Position numbers and translations under genes: made by a program
In this document: piece by piece, positions 1-11,000 of the stretch
Numbering within the stretch: the stretch's first letter is position 1
How the letters are laid out: each line of letters starts with the position of its first letter
Assembly: GCA_032718475.1 (NCBI GenBank)
Contig: JAUCBJ010005697.1
Coordinates: 1 to 33,949 of the forward strand
Length of the DNA: 33,949 nucleotides
Reading direction: 5' to 3'
Source: Nemertoderma westbladi
Taxonomy: Eukaryota; Animalia; Xenacoelomorpha
Notes under the pieces: model-generated
Database searches by the model: none
Seen by the model: the letters and a program-made list of their open reading frames with translations, nothing else
What the model was told of the DNA's origin: nothing

Positions 1-219
1 CCGAGAGGGAAATAGTTTTATTTAAATATCATACCCAGCGGAGTCGAAACGATAAATCGAGAATGGAACACGAGAACTCTACTCGAAATCAGCTCGAAAG
101 AAAGGACGTGGAAAAAGGCTTGTAAAGACAAATATAGGCGAACCACTGGAGAGGAGACATGTGTTAATGTCCAGGGTCCATATTGTGAATAGTTTTCCCC
201 GGGGCACGGGTACTCGCGG

Positions 220-241
220 GCAGTCTCCTTCGGGAGGCTGT
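220..241 (+). other. RNA hairpin with cUUCGg tetraloop, upstream of the zinc-knuckle ORF
   Basis: GCAGTCTCC-TTCG-GGAGGCTGT forms a 9-bp stem (two G:U pairs) closed by C-G around UUCG. Confidence 0.6.
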
Positions 242-949
242 AAATTTCTCTTCCTTCATCGTTTTCCTGTAATTATTGTGATCAGTGTCACAATTAAAAG
301 ACAAGAATGAATGATGACGTAACGGAAAGCTCGTCCATTGTGGTATCTTATGGATACTACCATATATCCTTCCTCCTCTTTACTCCCTTTATCCCTCTAT
401 ACATCGCTATTGAAAATACAACATACTTCGCCACACCTTCTCTTCCCAACGCGCTCGGAGCTTCAGGAAACGATCACTAAACCTCCCATCCTTTACTGTT
501 TATTTGTATGCTAATATTGGTGTCCGCACCTCCTGTCCCTGTACCATTCTGTTGATATTTATGATATCAACTTTCACCATTGTTGTTGATTTGATTAGAA
601 AATCAACCACTTCCTAATTTCCTCAAGTCCACAACCGTGATACAAGGACTGAAAGGACACGCGGATAGTTTGTGAACAACTGGTACCATTATGTGTCATA
701 AATCTGGTTGTTCACCTCCCTCAATGATTGGAGATATAAATCTTATAATCTTATGTAGAACAACTGAGGCATTGAACTGGTTGTTCCCTCATCGCACTGG
801 GGATAAATTCAGTTGGAGATAGTCCTCGAATGTTACAATCCTCCTACTGAGATCGTATTTCGGAATATTTCTGAATACGACATAGGTCTTCCCCTGCTCT
901 TTACCACTACCATCAATGGAAGACATATTAGGCATACGACTTCCGGAAT

Positions 950-2326
950 ATGGAAAACATTCCATACCCTTTCGTTGATACTCAGCTGATTGCTCCTTGG
1001 GCCGAAGGCCGAGGTTTCTTTCGCACTATGTATGCCAATACACCCGGCAACATTACTAAGGTACAACGGACATCCATCGGACATCTTGCCTTTCAAGAAT
1101 ATGGATGGAATTTCAAAGTTGGAAATCCTACCAATTACCAGCAAGTATATGGAGATCATTACTCTCGTTTATATTTTGATGGACCATTAACTGCGCCTGG
1201 TGCCGTATATAGCTTTATGAGTGTTCCACTTCGCCCTTCCTTAGCTATATACACGATCTTTGAAAACGCAGCACTTGCCGGTTGGCTAGCCGATGTGTGC
1301 AGTCGTACCATACGCGCTCATCCATTAATACTTGGAACTAAACTCGCCAAGTTAGACGAACACAATAAGTTTATACGTTTCGAATGTTTCCGGCGCTTTC
1401 TGACTCCGTTCCGTAACGTCGATAGTCAGTTCAAGGACCGCGCGCTGACCAAACTCAGTCTGAGAGACTCAGCTGCGGAGAAGCTGAGTAGCGCTGGATT
1501 TGCCGTTTTTCAAGACGTTTGTATACAGAACTTACATTCATCTGTCATACAAAGACCCCGAATACCTACAGGTTATTCTGTCGTGGAAATACAGACAGTG
1601 GATCCACTTACTGAGACCGACGCACCCACTTTGTCTATACAGCTGGAAGATGAACCAGTATGCTTGGAATCAGAAGCGATTCAGCCTACAGCTTCCCGGA
1701 GCAGTGACAATGATTATGTCATAGAGTGGTATCAAGGTCCACAGCGTCTCACAGCGTACGATTATCGACACGCCAACTACGTTTCTCGAAAACGTTGTCG
1801 ATTATGCGCATCGAGAGACCACTTCACCCCTCTAGACTCAAGCGTACCTTGCTCCTATTTCCTCGAACAGCCGATGATGGAAATATATTGTGCTTACTGC
1901 AGACTTAATAACTCTCATATTTTTGCCATCTGCCCACAATTTATGACTCAATGTCACTACTGTCAACTTAAAGGACATGAAAGTTACAATTGTCCCTTTA
2001 ATCGCGATTTAGAGAGCGTAGACGAGATGATCACCCTGCGATATATCCGAGCTTGGGAAGCGAACGCGGATTTACATTGCGAATCCCGACATCGCTATTA
2101 CCCTGGACGAGCTTACGAGGGAGTTTACGCGTTCCATCCTTATCTATTCGTGTCGATTGAACAGAAAACACGCGTACCAAGTTACGAGTTAATGAAGCGT
2201 GTTGGTGAGTGTATTTCCACCAAGTTTGTCAGAAAATACCTTAGAAACGTTAACCCTAATGATATAACCACATATCACCTGATCAATTTATCCGTCAGGA
2301 CCCTGAGTATGGCGACATCTTTGTGA
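950..2326 (+). CDS. Protein with three tandem CCHC zinc knuckles (nucleic-acid binding, Gag-NC-like), probably retroelement-encoded
   Basis: Intronless 458-aa ORF. Motifs CRLCASRDH-x9-C, CAYCRLNNSH-x4-C and canonical CHYCQLKGHESYNC (CX2CX4HX4C). Lies upstream of a PPT/LTR-like structure. Confidence 0.7.
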   Translation: MENIPYPFVDTQLIAPWAEGRGFFRTMYANTPGNITKVQRTSIGHLAFQEYGWNFKVGNPTNYQQVYGDHYSRLYFDGPLTAPGAVYSFMSVPLRPSLAIYTIFENAALAGWLADVCSRTIRAHPLILGTKLAKLDEHNKFIRFECFRRFLTPFRNVDSQFKDRALTKLSLRDSAAEKLSSAGFAVFQDVCIQNLHSSVIQRPRIPTGYSVVEIQTVDPLTETDAPTLSIQLEDEPVCLESEAIQPTASRSSDNDYVIEWYQGPQRLTAYDYRHANYVSRKRCRLCASRDHFTPLDSSVPCSYFLEQPMMEIYCAYCRLNNSHIFAICPQFMTQCHYCQLKGHESYNCPFNRDLESVDEMITLRYIRAWEANADLHCESRHRYYPGRAYEGVYAFHPYLFVSIEQKTRVPSYELMKRVGECISTKFVRKYLRNVNPNDITTYHLINLSVRTLSMATSL

Positions 2327-2724
2327 ACACGCATCCTGAACTACAGGAAGTATCTCGGCGACCATATGAATATCGAACACGAGAACGCGAGCTGGAGAGA
2401 ACCATTAAACCGAGAAAGTTCCTCACCACTCACGGTCCACCCACCGCTAGTGTCCAGATGACCCGTCAAGGACCCGTAGGAGCTGCTGTCCTGAGACGCG
2501 CTCTAAAGGCCGTTAGACCTCGCTCCACTGAGGTTGATATTAATCAACCAGGTACTTCGACCAGCGGGTATACCGATCGTAACCCTACACCTTCTGATGC
2601 AATTGAATTGCACCCTTCGCCTAGGAGCTACAGCCCTCCTCGTAAAGTGGCTCGCCCCAAAGAGAAAAGGACTCTTGCTAGCCTCACGAAACTGCGTAAA
2701 CGCCGTCCGCGTAAGAAAGACTAA
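2263..2724 (+). CDS. Basic, Pro/Ser/Arg-rich C-terminal segment, probably the frameshifted continuation of ORF 950-2326
   Basis: The -1 frame is open from 2263 (YNHISPDQFIRQDPEYGDIFVNTHPEL...) to TAA at 2724 and ends in KLRKRRPRKKD. The ORF track only offers a GTG start at 2323. Confidence 0.55.
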   Translation, partial: YNHISPDQFIRQDPEYGDIFVNTHPELQEVSRRPYEYRTRERELERTIKPRKFLTTHGPPTASVQMTRQGPVGAAVLRRALKAVRPRSTEVDINQPGTSTSGYTDRNPTPSDAIELHPSPRSYSPPRKVARPKEKRTLASLTKLRKRRPRKKD

Positions 2725-2794
2725 CTGTTTAGAGTATCTTTAGGTTTTAGAAACTGTGATTTTTATATTTTATAGACTGAAAATCCCATTTTCT

Positions 2795-2802
2795 GGGAGC
2801 GG
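2795..2802 (+). promoter_or_regulatory. Putative polypurine tract (PPT)
   Basis: GGGAGCGG is preceded by TTTTCT and immediately followed by TGTAA. It is short and contains one pyrimidine. Confidence 0.45.
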
Positions 2803-3476
2803 TGTAAAAGCCTTTGCTGAATTGCCCCGTTATTTTTATTATTTTTACATTAAAATACTCTGTAGTTGATTTAATAGGTGTAAGAGACCGTATTATTGCT
2901 GTATCGGTGTTTTTTAGAGGATCTAAGAGCTATTTCCTCCGTATCTGTACTGTGGAAGGCATAGTTGATGATTCTATGGCAATTCCGTGACGCAAAAGGT
3001 GATAGCTACTCTTGAACAGTAGTTACTATGACGACGGTTAACAGCTGATATTCATACGTGTTGATTTTCTTTGTTCTACGGCGTCTCTCAGTTCAGTCAG
3101 CCAATCAGAGCATTTTTATGGCTCTTGTACAGAAATTTCCTAGAAATCACTCAATGCTTTATGGGCAGTGTTTACATTCTGTCCTGAGCCAGGAGAGAGC
3201 GGCTTGGAAATATTTTTGTGCTTTTCTGTTTTAGCCTAACACTAGTAGGCTTAATTATAAGGACATATATCCGTTATCACACTGAATCACTGTGCAACTC
3301 AACTAAACAAACCAAATCTGCATGTACCATTCACACTGGACTTTTATATTGTTATACTGCTATTTACTGTCGGTTCTTCATAATATGGTTGATGAATTAT
3401 TATATTTGGAATAACGATAAATAACCCCGAAACCCCAATATTCTTGATATACCGAAGGTAAGAGAGAAAGGTTACA
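2803..3476 (+). mobile_element. Putative 3' LTR of an LTR retrotransposon
   Basis: Termini TGTAA...TTACA (TG...CA with a 5-bp inverted repeat), PPT-like tract upstream, CCAATCAG box at 3101. The partner LTR is not in the window. Confidence 0.55.
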
Positions 3477-4020
3477 TATAACGATTGTGACTTATGTTAA
3501 AGTGGTTTGAAGTGAATCTAATGTTATTTGATAGACCCTACATGAGTCGGTCCGTGTTCCTTTTATATGTGACTAAAATCAGTGAAGATCGGCAGATTAG
3601 TGTGCAGTATTGTGCAGCATTGTGTATGAGTGAGACTGATAACGAAGCATTTCCTAAAGAATGCGCCATATATGTGAATTATAACTAAGCCATATCGTTG
3701 TGAGTAGTTTAAGTCATAACTCTGTTTATATAGATAGAGCGCCACGTCCTAAAGGAACTGTTAATATTTCCCGAAGGTGAATAATATTGTCAGAGATTAT
3801 ATAATACTGTCAGTCGAATAATACATTAGGCTTACATAGCAATAAGATTAAGCCGTCGAACCCAATCTCCCGGGTATATCCAGCGGGTGAATGATCGCGC
3901 ACCGATTGGTTTCGACTAGTGTAGTGAATCAAATACTTGTCAGAGGCTAAAAGTGATTTATTATCTAGAAGACATCCTAATTTGGCGGGTTAAACTGCCA
4001 AAGGTCTGAAAGCGCGAACA

Positions 4021-4848
4021 GAGGTTTATGTGTGTTCTGAATTCAATGGAATATATAATTATCAAACTAGACATATCAAACTTGTATTTTTCGGAAGTGG
4101 GTGCAAAATGTAGAAAAATCCAAAATGCAAATTCCTAGCACCAAAATTTGAAATCCATCAAATACATCAATTGATTGTGTCACCTTGTTTCTTGCGTTAT
4201 ACGGGTTTATGGGCGGTCCTGAATCCGATGGATTCAATAAAAACAGCACTGGACATCGCACACTTGTACTTTTTGGTGATGTGTACGAAATTTGGTGCTA
4301 GCACCAAAACTTGCCAAATTACGCCGAAAAAAACAAGTTGCAATGATCTTGCATATTAGAAATGTATTCCATTAGAATCAGCGCCCAAGAATACCTAAAA
4401 ATGAGAATTTATAGCATCGTATAAGTGAATTATAAATTTTGTGTTCAAACTGAAAAGTGCTGGTTACTTGTTTTTTTCATTTTTTTCCTACGCAGAGAGG
4501 ACTAAACAGCCATTATAGTAACCATTTCATTTTTAGATATTTTCCAATCTATTTTGCGCCCCAGAAAACCTGTATTGAAAAACAATTAGCCGAAAAATGT
4601 AACTTTCAAATTTTGTGAAAATTGTGCACTACTAGTAAATTTGGTGCTGCAATATAACCACCCCAGTATATTTTTTCGAATATTTTTTTTTTTCGGTCGG
4701 ATCCAGACTAGTGATACCTACGTACAAACAAAAAATCAGACGTTTTCGTAAAAATTTGTAGATTTTAGAGGGGGGGGGGGGGTCAATATGACCCCCCCCC
4801 CCCCCCCCCGGTATTTGTACAACATTTTATAGCCCGGTACTAATAGGG
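4021..4848 (+). mobile_element. piggyBac-type MITE, right-hand part only
   Basis: Highly similar to 30649-31534. Ends CCCGGTACTAATAGGG followed by TTAA (4849-4852). Confidence 0.85.
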
Positions 4849-4889
4849 TTAAGAAAAAATTTGAAATAATAACAAATCCAAAATCAGAT

Positions 4890-6360
4890 TATGTAAAGTC
4901 CAGTAGTATACCGCCTACCGGATTCTAGTAACGAAATACCTTACTGTAGAATCCAGCAGTGTACACGGGTTCGTACAGTACCTGACAAGAAATCCCAGTC
5001 CATGGTGTCTAAATAAACAGATACCAGGTACACAAACTACTACTGGCGAGGAACGGAGCCTGATGTCTCTTCTAATACTTGGGCAAATCAATTGCCCGGG
5101 CTAACTAGACAAACAGGATGCCCGGCCTCTAACCGGTGAAGCAGATGTACAGTCTACAGATACAGACCAAACTCACGGGAAAACAATCCCTGCGTAGCGA
5201 ATCCTTAACTATCGCTAATGGACCTAAATACTGTAAGCTTGCCGCGGTGTGATTTATATGGGTATAATACGAGCTAGCGGGTCAACAATACTAGCGTAAG
5301 AAGGGTGCCTGAGTAAAACAAATACCAAATACCTCTACAAATAATAATAACCTTATCTGTAAACCGGTAGATCTCAAGACGCGCGTGTGTGTGTGTGTTA
5401 CTGTTGTCTGTGTTGGTGTATCGCTGTTATACTATGTTTTGGTGATTTTAACAAAATAACAATACCGGGCGCTAGCTACTTGAATAAGCTAGTCGCACGC
5501 TGTAGGCGCAATACTTACAAACTGACGTCAAAAGGGCTCTCTCCTCCTATATTCACAACTCAGTCGGGCAATAACGGTGTTAGTAACTACGCCCGTGATC
5601 AGCACTGATACCAGATTCTGGTTGTGAGATAAGGAAATATGTGTTAATTTACTACCGTACGTATAGCTGATCTGGTATATAAATTTGATTCTACTGTAGA
5701 ACTTTGTTACTGCTAACTTTGTTAGCAGTAAATACCTACCAGTACGTGGCAAGAGCACGGTAAATTGTTAGTAAACCTCCCTCAGCCAAAATGCGTGCCG
5801 GTAGCAGAAAGCTGCTCTTGCCTGATCAAAAATACTTTTGACTCAGACAGGTCAGTCAAACTACAAGGCCTACAGAGCTAACCAGTACCGTACCGCTAGT
5901 ACGGCAAATCATCAAATTATAGAGCGTGCTATTTGCACCTAGTGTACTGTACTTGCGCATAATGACAAACAGCATCAGCTCGCACCTGTAAGAGATACAG
6001 GTTGACCCGGGTTTTTTCCTCTCTGAATCAGAGATATTTGGTCCTAAATTTTACGGCGTCCCAGGACGGCGTCACGCTTCACCCTGATCTAAGGAACTTA
6101 CGGCGGGCAAAGGCGTCGAACAAAGTCTTACCTCCTCTGACGTGGGCGCGATCAGGCAAAAGGGCATGCTTGCAAATGGGTGTGGGCGAAGATAGTGCGG
6201 GTTCCGTTATGCGTGGTAGACATCCCTTCCCCTTGCGTTGCTGTGGCCTAAAGGTTTAGGCAGCCATTCCCCAAAGCGTTTGGCTGTTCAAGGTAGATAC
6301 GCTGAAAGCTGACATTGGACCAATAAATCATCAAACGACCTACGATTGGCCCAACTAATC
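4890..6360 (-). promoter_or_regulatory. CpG-richer promoter/5'-leader-like region
   Basis: Higher GC and CpG than the flanks. CCAAT/ATTGG boxes cluster at about 6314-6350. Many minus-strand GT(A/G)AG donor and (Y)nAG acceptor motifs. No credible ORF. Confidence 0.3.
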
Positions 6361-6437
6361 TGTCCATGTGTTGTATGCACTCCATTGGAATATCTAGTTT
6401 AGTGAAACCGAAAATAAATAGCACAAAATATAAATTT

Positions 6438-6513
6438 TACTGACCCAGATTCGAACTCTCGACCTACCTAGGATGTAACCTGCGCCTTAACCTACTGGAC
6501 CACTGCGCCAGTA
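6438..6513 (-). pseudogene. tRNA-derived sequence (SINE head or pseudo-tRNA)
   Basis: The minus strand has A-box-like TGGTCCAGTAGG and B-box AGTTCGAATC at tRNA-like spacing, but the stems do not form a proper cloverleaf. Confidence 0.6.
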
Positions 6514-6738
6514 GAAACCCACTCCAAATTATAACTAGAGTAGGTTAATATGCAAATTATAACAAACTGTAAAACAAGGCAATTTTGAAAGTTTTTACGT
6601 AGTACCAATTACAAATAGCTACCTAGTAGTGAAATAATCCCACAGATTATTTATTATCATTATTATCATTATTTCAAAATGAAAAAGTATTAGCGTGGGT
6701 CGCGTGGGGGGAGGGGGGGGGGGGGGGGGGGGCTAATT

Positions 6739-7127
6739 GAGGGATTAAAACAGATAAAGTGGGAAGGAATATTCCTTAGGGTGGGTTTTTCGTTCGTGGC
6801 CTATGTACAAACTTTCCTTAATGAGTAAATCGTACATGCGTACACATTTTGTGCCCTCATCATATGTGTGTTTAAGGTGAGAGTATCTGAACATTTTGAG
6901 AAAATCTCCTCATACGGGAGTCCCATTATCCTCCCCTGGCCATTCAGCTGTACGTGATCATGCTGTATAATATGATCACAATATCACATAAATATGATGA
7001 CTTCACATACATTGGTAGTGCACAAAACAACTACGATTTACTCATTAAAGAAAGTTTGTACATAGGCCACGAACTTAAAACCCACCCTAAGGAATATTCC
7101 TTCCCACTTTATCTGTTCTAATCCCTC
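6739..7127. mobile_element. MITE with long (~95 bp) terminal inverted repeats, superfamily unassigned
   Basis: GAGGGATTAAAACAGATAAAGTGGGAAGGAATATTCC... at 6739 is mirrored by ...GGAATATTCCTTCCCACTTTATCTGTTCTAATCCCTC ending at 7127. No clear TSD. Confidence 0.8.
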
Positions 7128-7140
7128 CACCACCGGTGTT

Positions 7141-7370
7141 GTCGCGTTTCGGCAACTGATAGTAGCGTTAGACCCGCGTTTCGGCAACTAATAGTCGCGT
7201 TTCGACAACATGGTAACAAGGTTGCGTTTCGGCAACTGAGTGATGCATTTCGGCAACTCATAGTTGCATTTCGGCAACTCAGAGTTGCATCTCGGCAACT
7301 GTTAACAGGATGCAATTAGGCAAACTGACAGATGCGTTTCAGCAAATGATAGATGGGTTTCGGCAACTCG
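7141..7370 (+). repeat. ~21-bp tandem repeat with core GCGTTTCGGCAACT, probably a subterminal array of a DNA transposon end
   Basis: About 9-10 degenerate copies, with a 21-bp period across 7223-7300. Confidence 0.75.
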
Positions 7371-7727
7371 TATACAAAGGCCAACTGGATACTGTATAGA
7401 GTCTAGAGTATAGATAATTACCTTTGCCTCATTACGTTTCCCATTATTCATTTTCATTCTACATTATTTTACCCACGCCTACTCCAACACTACTTCGAGT
7501 TATATAGAAACTGATGTTATTAATTCAATATATTGACGTGACGTGACGTGACAGCTATTTTTCCAATTTGCGCTAATACTATTATTCATTATAAAACTAA
7601 CATACCCATCTGGGACTTATTTATTTATTTGCGATATTAAATAAAATAAATTAATTCAATTACTCTTAATCGCTATTAACAAAAAAAAATCCAAAAATTA
7701 GAATGTAACATTATGTAAATCATAATT

Positions 7728-7983
7728 TTATATAACAAATATATCAAAAATGTGTTTCTTTTTAGTTCTCGGAAAAGGAAGAACCTTCTGAGAAATCCAA
7801 AACTCCCAGATTTGATTCACAAAATGACCAGGTAAATCTATTTTATTAGGCCTGTTTCCTAGATACTGTACCATAACAACCTGCACACATCCAGATACCC
7901 CTAAATACTTTAACATATCCGTCCTGCTACGCAACTGTTCGCGTTCAGCCAAATAAATCCCTAATCCTTCTGCATCAAGTATC
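7728..7983 (-). pseudogene. 3' part of a coding exon-like frame interrupted by the IS3EU-type insertion
   Basis: Frame ...ILDAEGLGIYLAEREQLRSRTDMLKY...IFVI* joins in frame with 15517-15547 once the element and one TSD copy are removed. Confidence 0.45.
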
Positions 7984-8021
7984 TACGGAGCCCTTAAAAG
8001 GACATGGGATTCCCCTTTTTT

Positions 8022-11000
8022 TACTAAGTCCGGCCCATAGATACTAAGTCCGGCCCATAGATACTAAGTCCGGGCCAGAGATACTAAGTCCAGTCCGGAG
8101 ATACTATCTCAGGCCCTGGGATACTAAGTCTGGCCCGGAGATACTATCTCAGGCCCTGAGATACTAACTCCGGCCCGGAGATACTATCTCAGGCCCTGAG
8201 ATACTATCTCAGGCCCTGAGATACTATCTCAGGCCCTGAGATACTAAGTCCGGCCCGGAGATACTATCTCAGGCCCTGAGATACTATCACAGGCACTGAG
8301 ATACCAAGTCAGGCCCGGAGATACTATCTCAGGCCCGGAGATACTAAGTCTGCCCCGGAGATACTATCTCAGGCCCTGAGATACTAAGTCCGGCCCGGAG
8401 ATACTATCTCAGGCCCGGAGATACTGAATCTGGCCCGGAGATACTATTTCCGGCCCGGAGATACTATCTCAGGCCCTGAGATACTAAGTCCGGCCCGGAG
8501 ATACTATCTCAGGCCCTGAGATACTAAGTGCGGCCCGGAGATACTATGTCAGGCCTGGCAATACTATCTCAGGCCCTGAGATATTATCTCAGTCCATGAG
8601 ATACTAAGTCGGGCCCGGCGATACTAAGTCCGGCCTGGAGATACTATCTCAGGCCCGGAGATACTTAGTCTGGCCCGGAGATACTATCTCAGGCCCTGAG
8701 ATACTAAGTGCGGCCCGGAGATACTATGTCAGGCCTGGCAATACTATCTCAGGCCCTGAGATACTATCTCAGGCTATGAGATACTAAGTCAGGCCCGGAG
8801 ATACTAAGTCCGGCCTGGAGATACTATCTCAGGCCCGGAGATACTTAGTCTGGCCCGGAGATACTATCTCAGGCCCTGAGATACTATCTCAGACCCGGAG
8901 ATACTTAGTCTGGCCCGGAGATACTATCTCAGGCCCTGAGATACTAAGTCGGGCCCGGAGATACTATCTCAGGCCCTGAGATACTAAGTCCTGACCAGAG
9001 ATACTATCTCAGGCCCTGAGATACTATCTCAGTCCCTGAGATACCAAGTCCGGCCCGGAGATACTATCTCAGGCCTGGAGATACTATCCCAGGCCCGGAG
9101 ATACTATCTCAGTCCCTGAGATACCATGTCCGGCCCGGAGATACTATATCAGGCCCGGAGATACTAAGTCTGGCCCTGAGATACTATCTCAGGCCCTGAG
9201 ATACTAAGACCGGCCCGGAGATACTATCTCAGGCCCGGAGATACTATCTCAGGCCCTGAGATACTAAGTTCGGCCCAGAGATACTATCTCAGGCCGTGAG
9301 ATACTAAGTCCAGCCCGGAGATACTATCTCAGGCCCGGAAATACTAAGTCTGGCCCGGAGATACTATCTCAGGCCCGGAGATACTAAGTCCGGCCCGGAG
9401 ATACTAAGTCCGGCCCGGAGATACTATCTCAGGCCCGGAAATACTAAGTCTGGCCCGGAGATACTATCTCAGGCCCGGAGATACTATCTCAGGCCCGGAG
9501 ATACTAAGTCCGGCCCGGAGATACTATCTCAGGCCCTGAGATACTATCTCAGGCCCGGAGATACTTAGTCTGGCCCGGAGATACTATCTCAGGCCCTGAG
9601 ATACTATCACAGGCACTGAGATACCAAGTCAGGCCCGGAGATACTATCTCAGGCCCGGAGATACTAAGTCTGCCCCGGAGATACTATCTCAGGCCCTGAG
9701 ATACTAAGTCCGGCCCGGAGATACTATCTCAGGCCCGGAGATACTGAATCTGGCCCGGAGATACTATTTCCGGCCCGGAGATACTATCTCAGGCCCTGAG
9801 ATACTAAGTCCGGCCCGGAGATACTATCTCAGGCCCTGAGATACTAAGTGCGGCCCGGAGATACTATGTCAGGCCTGGCAATACTATCTCAGGCCCTGAG
9901 ATATTATCTCAGGCCATGAGATACTAAGTCGGGCCCGGCGATACTAAGTCCGGCCTGGAGATACTATCTCAGGCCCGGAGATACTTAGTCTGGCCCGGAG
10001 ATACTATCTCAGGCCCTGAGATACTAAGTGCGGCCCGGAGATACTATGTCAGGCCTGGCAATACTATCTCAGGCCCTGAGATACTATCTCAGGCTATGAG
10101 ATACTAAGTCAGGCCCGGAGATACTAAGTCCGGCCTGGAGATACTATCTCAGGCCCGGAGATACTTAGTCTGGCCCGGAGATACTATCTCAGGCCCTGAG
10201 ATACTAAGTCGGGCCCGGAGATACTATCTCAGGCCCTGAGATACTAAGTCCTGACCAGAGATACTATCTCAGGCCCTGAGATACTATCTCAGTCCCTGAG
10301 ATACCAAGTCCAGCCCGGAGATACTATCTCAGGCCTGGAGATACTATCCCAGGCCCGGAGATACTATCTCAGTCCCTGAGATACCATGTCCGGCCCGGAG
10401 ATACTATATCAGGCCCGGAGATACTAAGTCTGGCCCTGAGATACTATCTCAGGCCCTGAGATACTAAGACCGGCCCGGAGATACTATCTCAGGCCCGGAG
10501 ATACTATCTCAGGCCCTGAGATACTAAGTTCGGCCCAGAGATACTATCTCAGGCCGTGAGATACTAAGTCCAGCCCGGAGATACTATCTCAGGCCCGGAA
10601 ATACTAAGTCTGGCCCGGAGATACTATCTCAGGCCCGGAGATACTAAGTCCGGCCCGGAGATACTAAGTCCGGCCCGGAGATACTATCTCAGGCCCGGAA
10701 ATACTAAGTCTGGCCCGGAGATACTATCTCAGGCCCGGAGATACTATCTCAGGCCCGGAGATACTAAGTCCGGCCCGGAGATACTATCTCAGGCCCTGAG
10801 ATACTATCTCAGGCCCGGAGATACTTAGTCTGGCCCGGAGATACTATCTCAGGCCCTGAGATACTAAGTGCGGCCCGGAGATACTATGTCAGGCCTGGCA
10901 ATACTATCTCAATCTCAGGCCATGAGATACTAAGTCGGGCCCGGAGATACTATCTCAGGCCCTGAGATACTAAGTCCTGACCGGAGATACTATCTCAGGC

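Noticed and set aside
195-245. HDV-like or hammerhead ribozyme, or -1 frameshift signal
   Set aside because: No nested pseudoknot or CUGANGA/GAAA core could be built by eye, and TTTTCCCC follows a stop codon and is not a canonical slippery site.
1790-2000. Nanos zinc-finger gene
   Set aside because: The spacing does not fit Nanos (CX2CX12HX10C-X7-CX2CX7HX4C), and a third retroviral-type knuckle is present.
7118-7315. ORF with SCRNA peptide repeats
   Set aside because: Artefact of translating the 21-bp tandem repeat.
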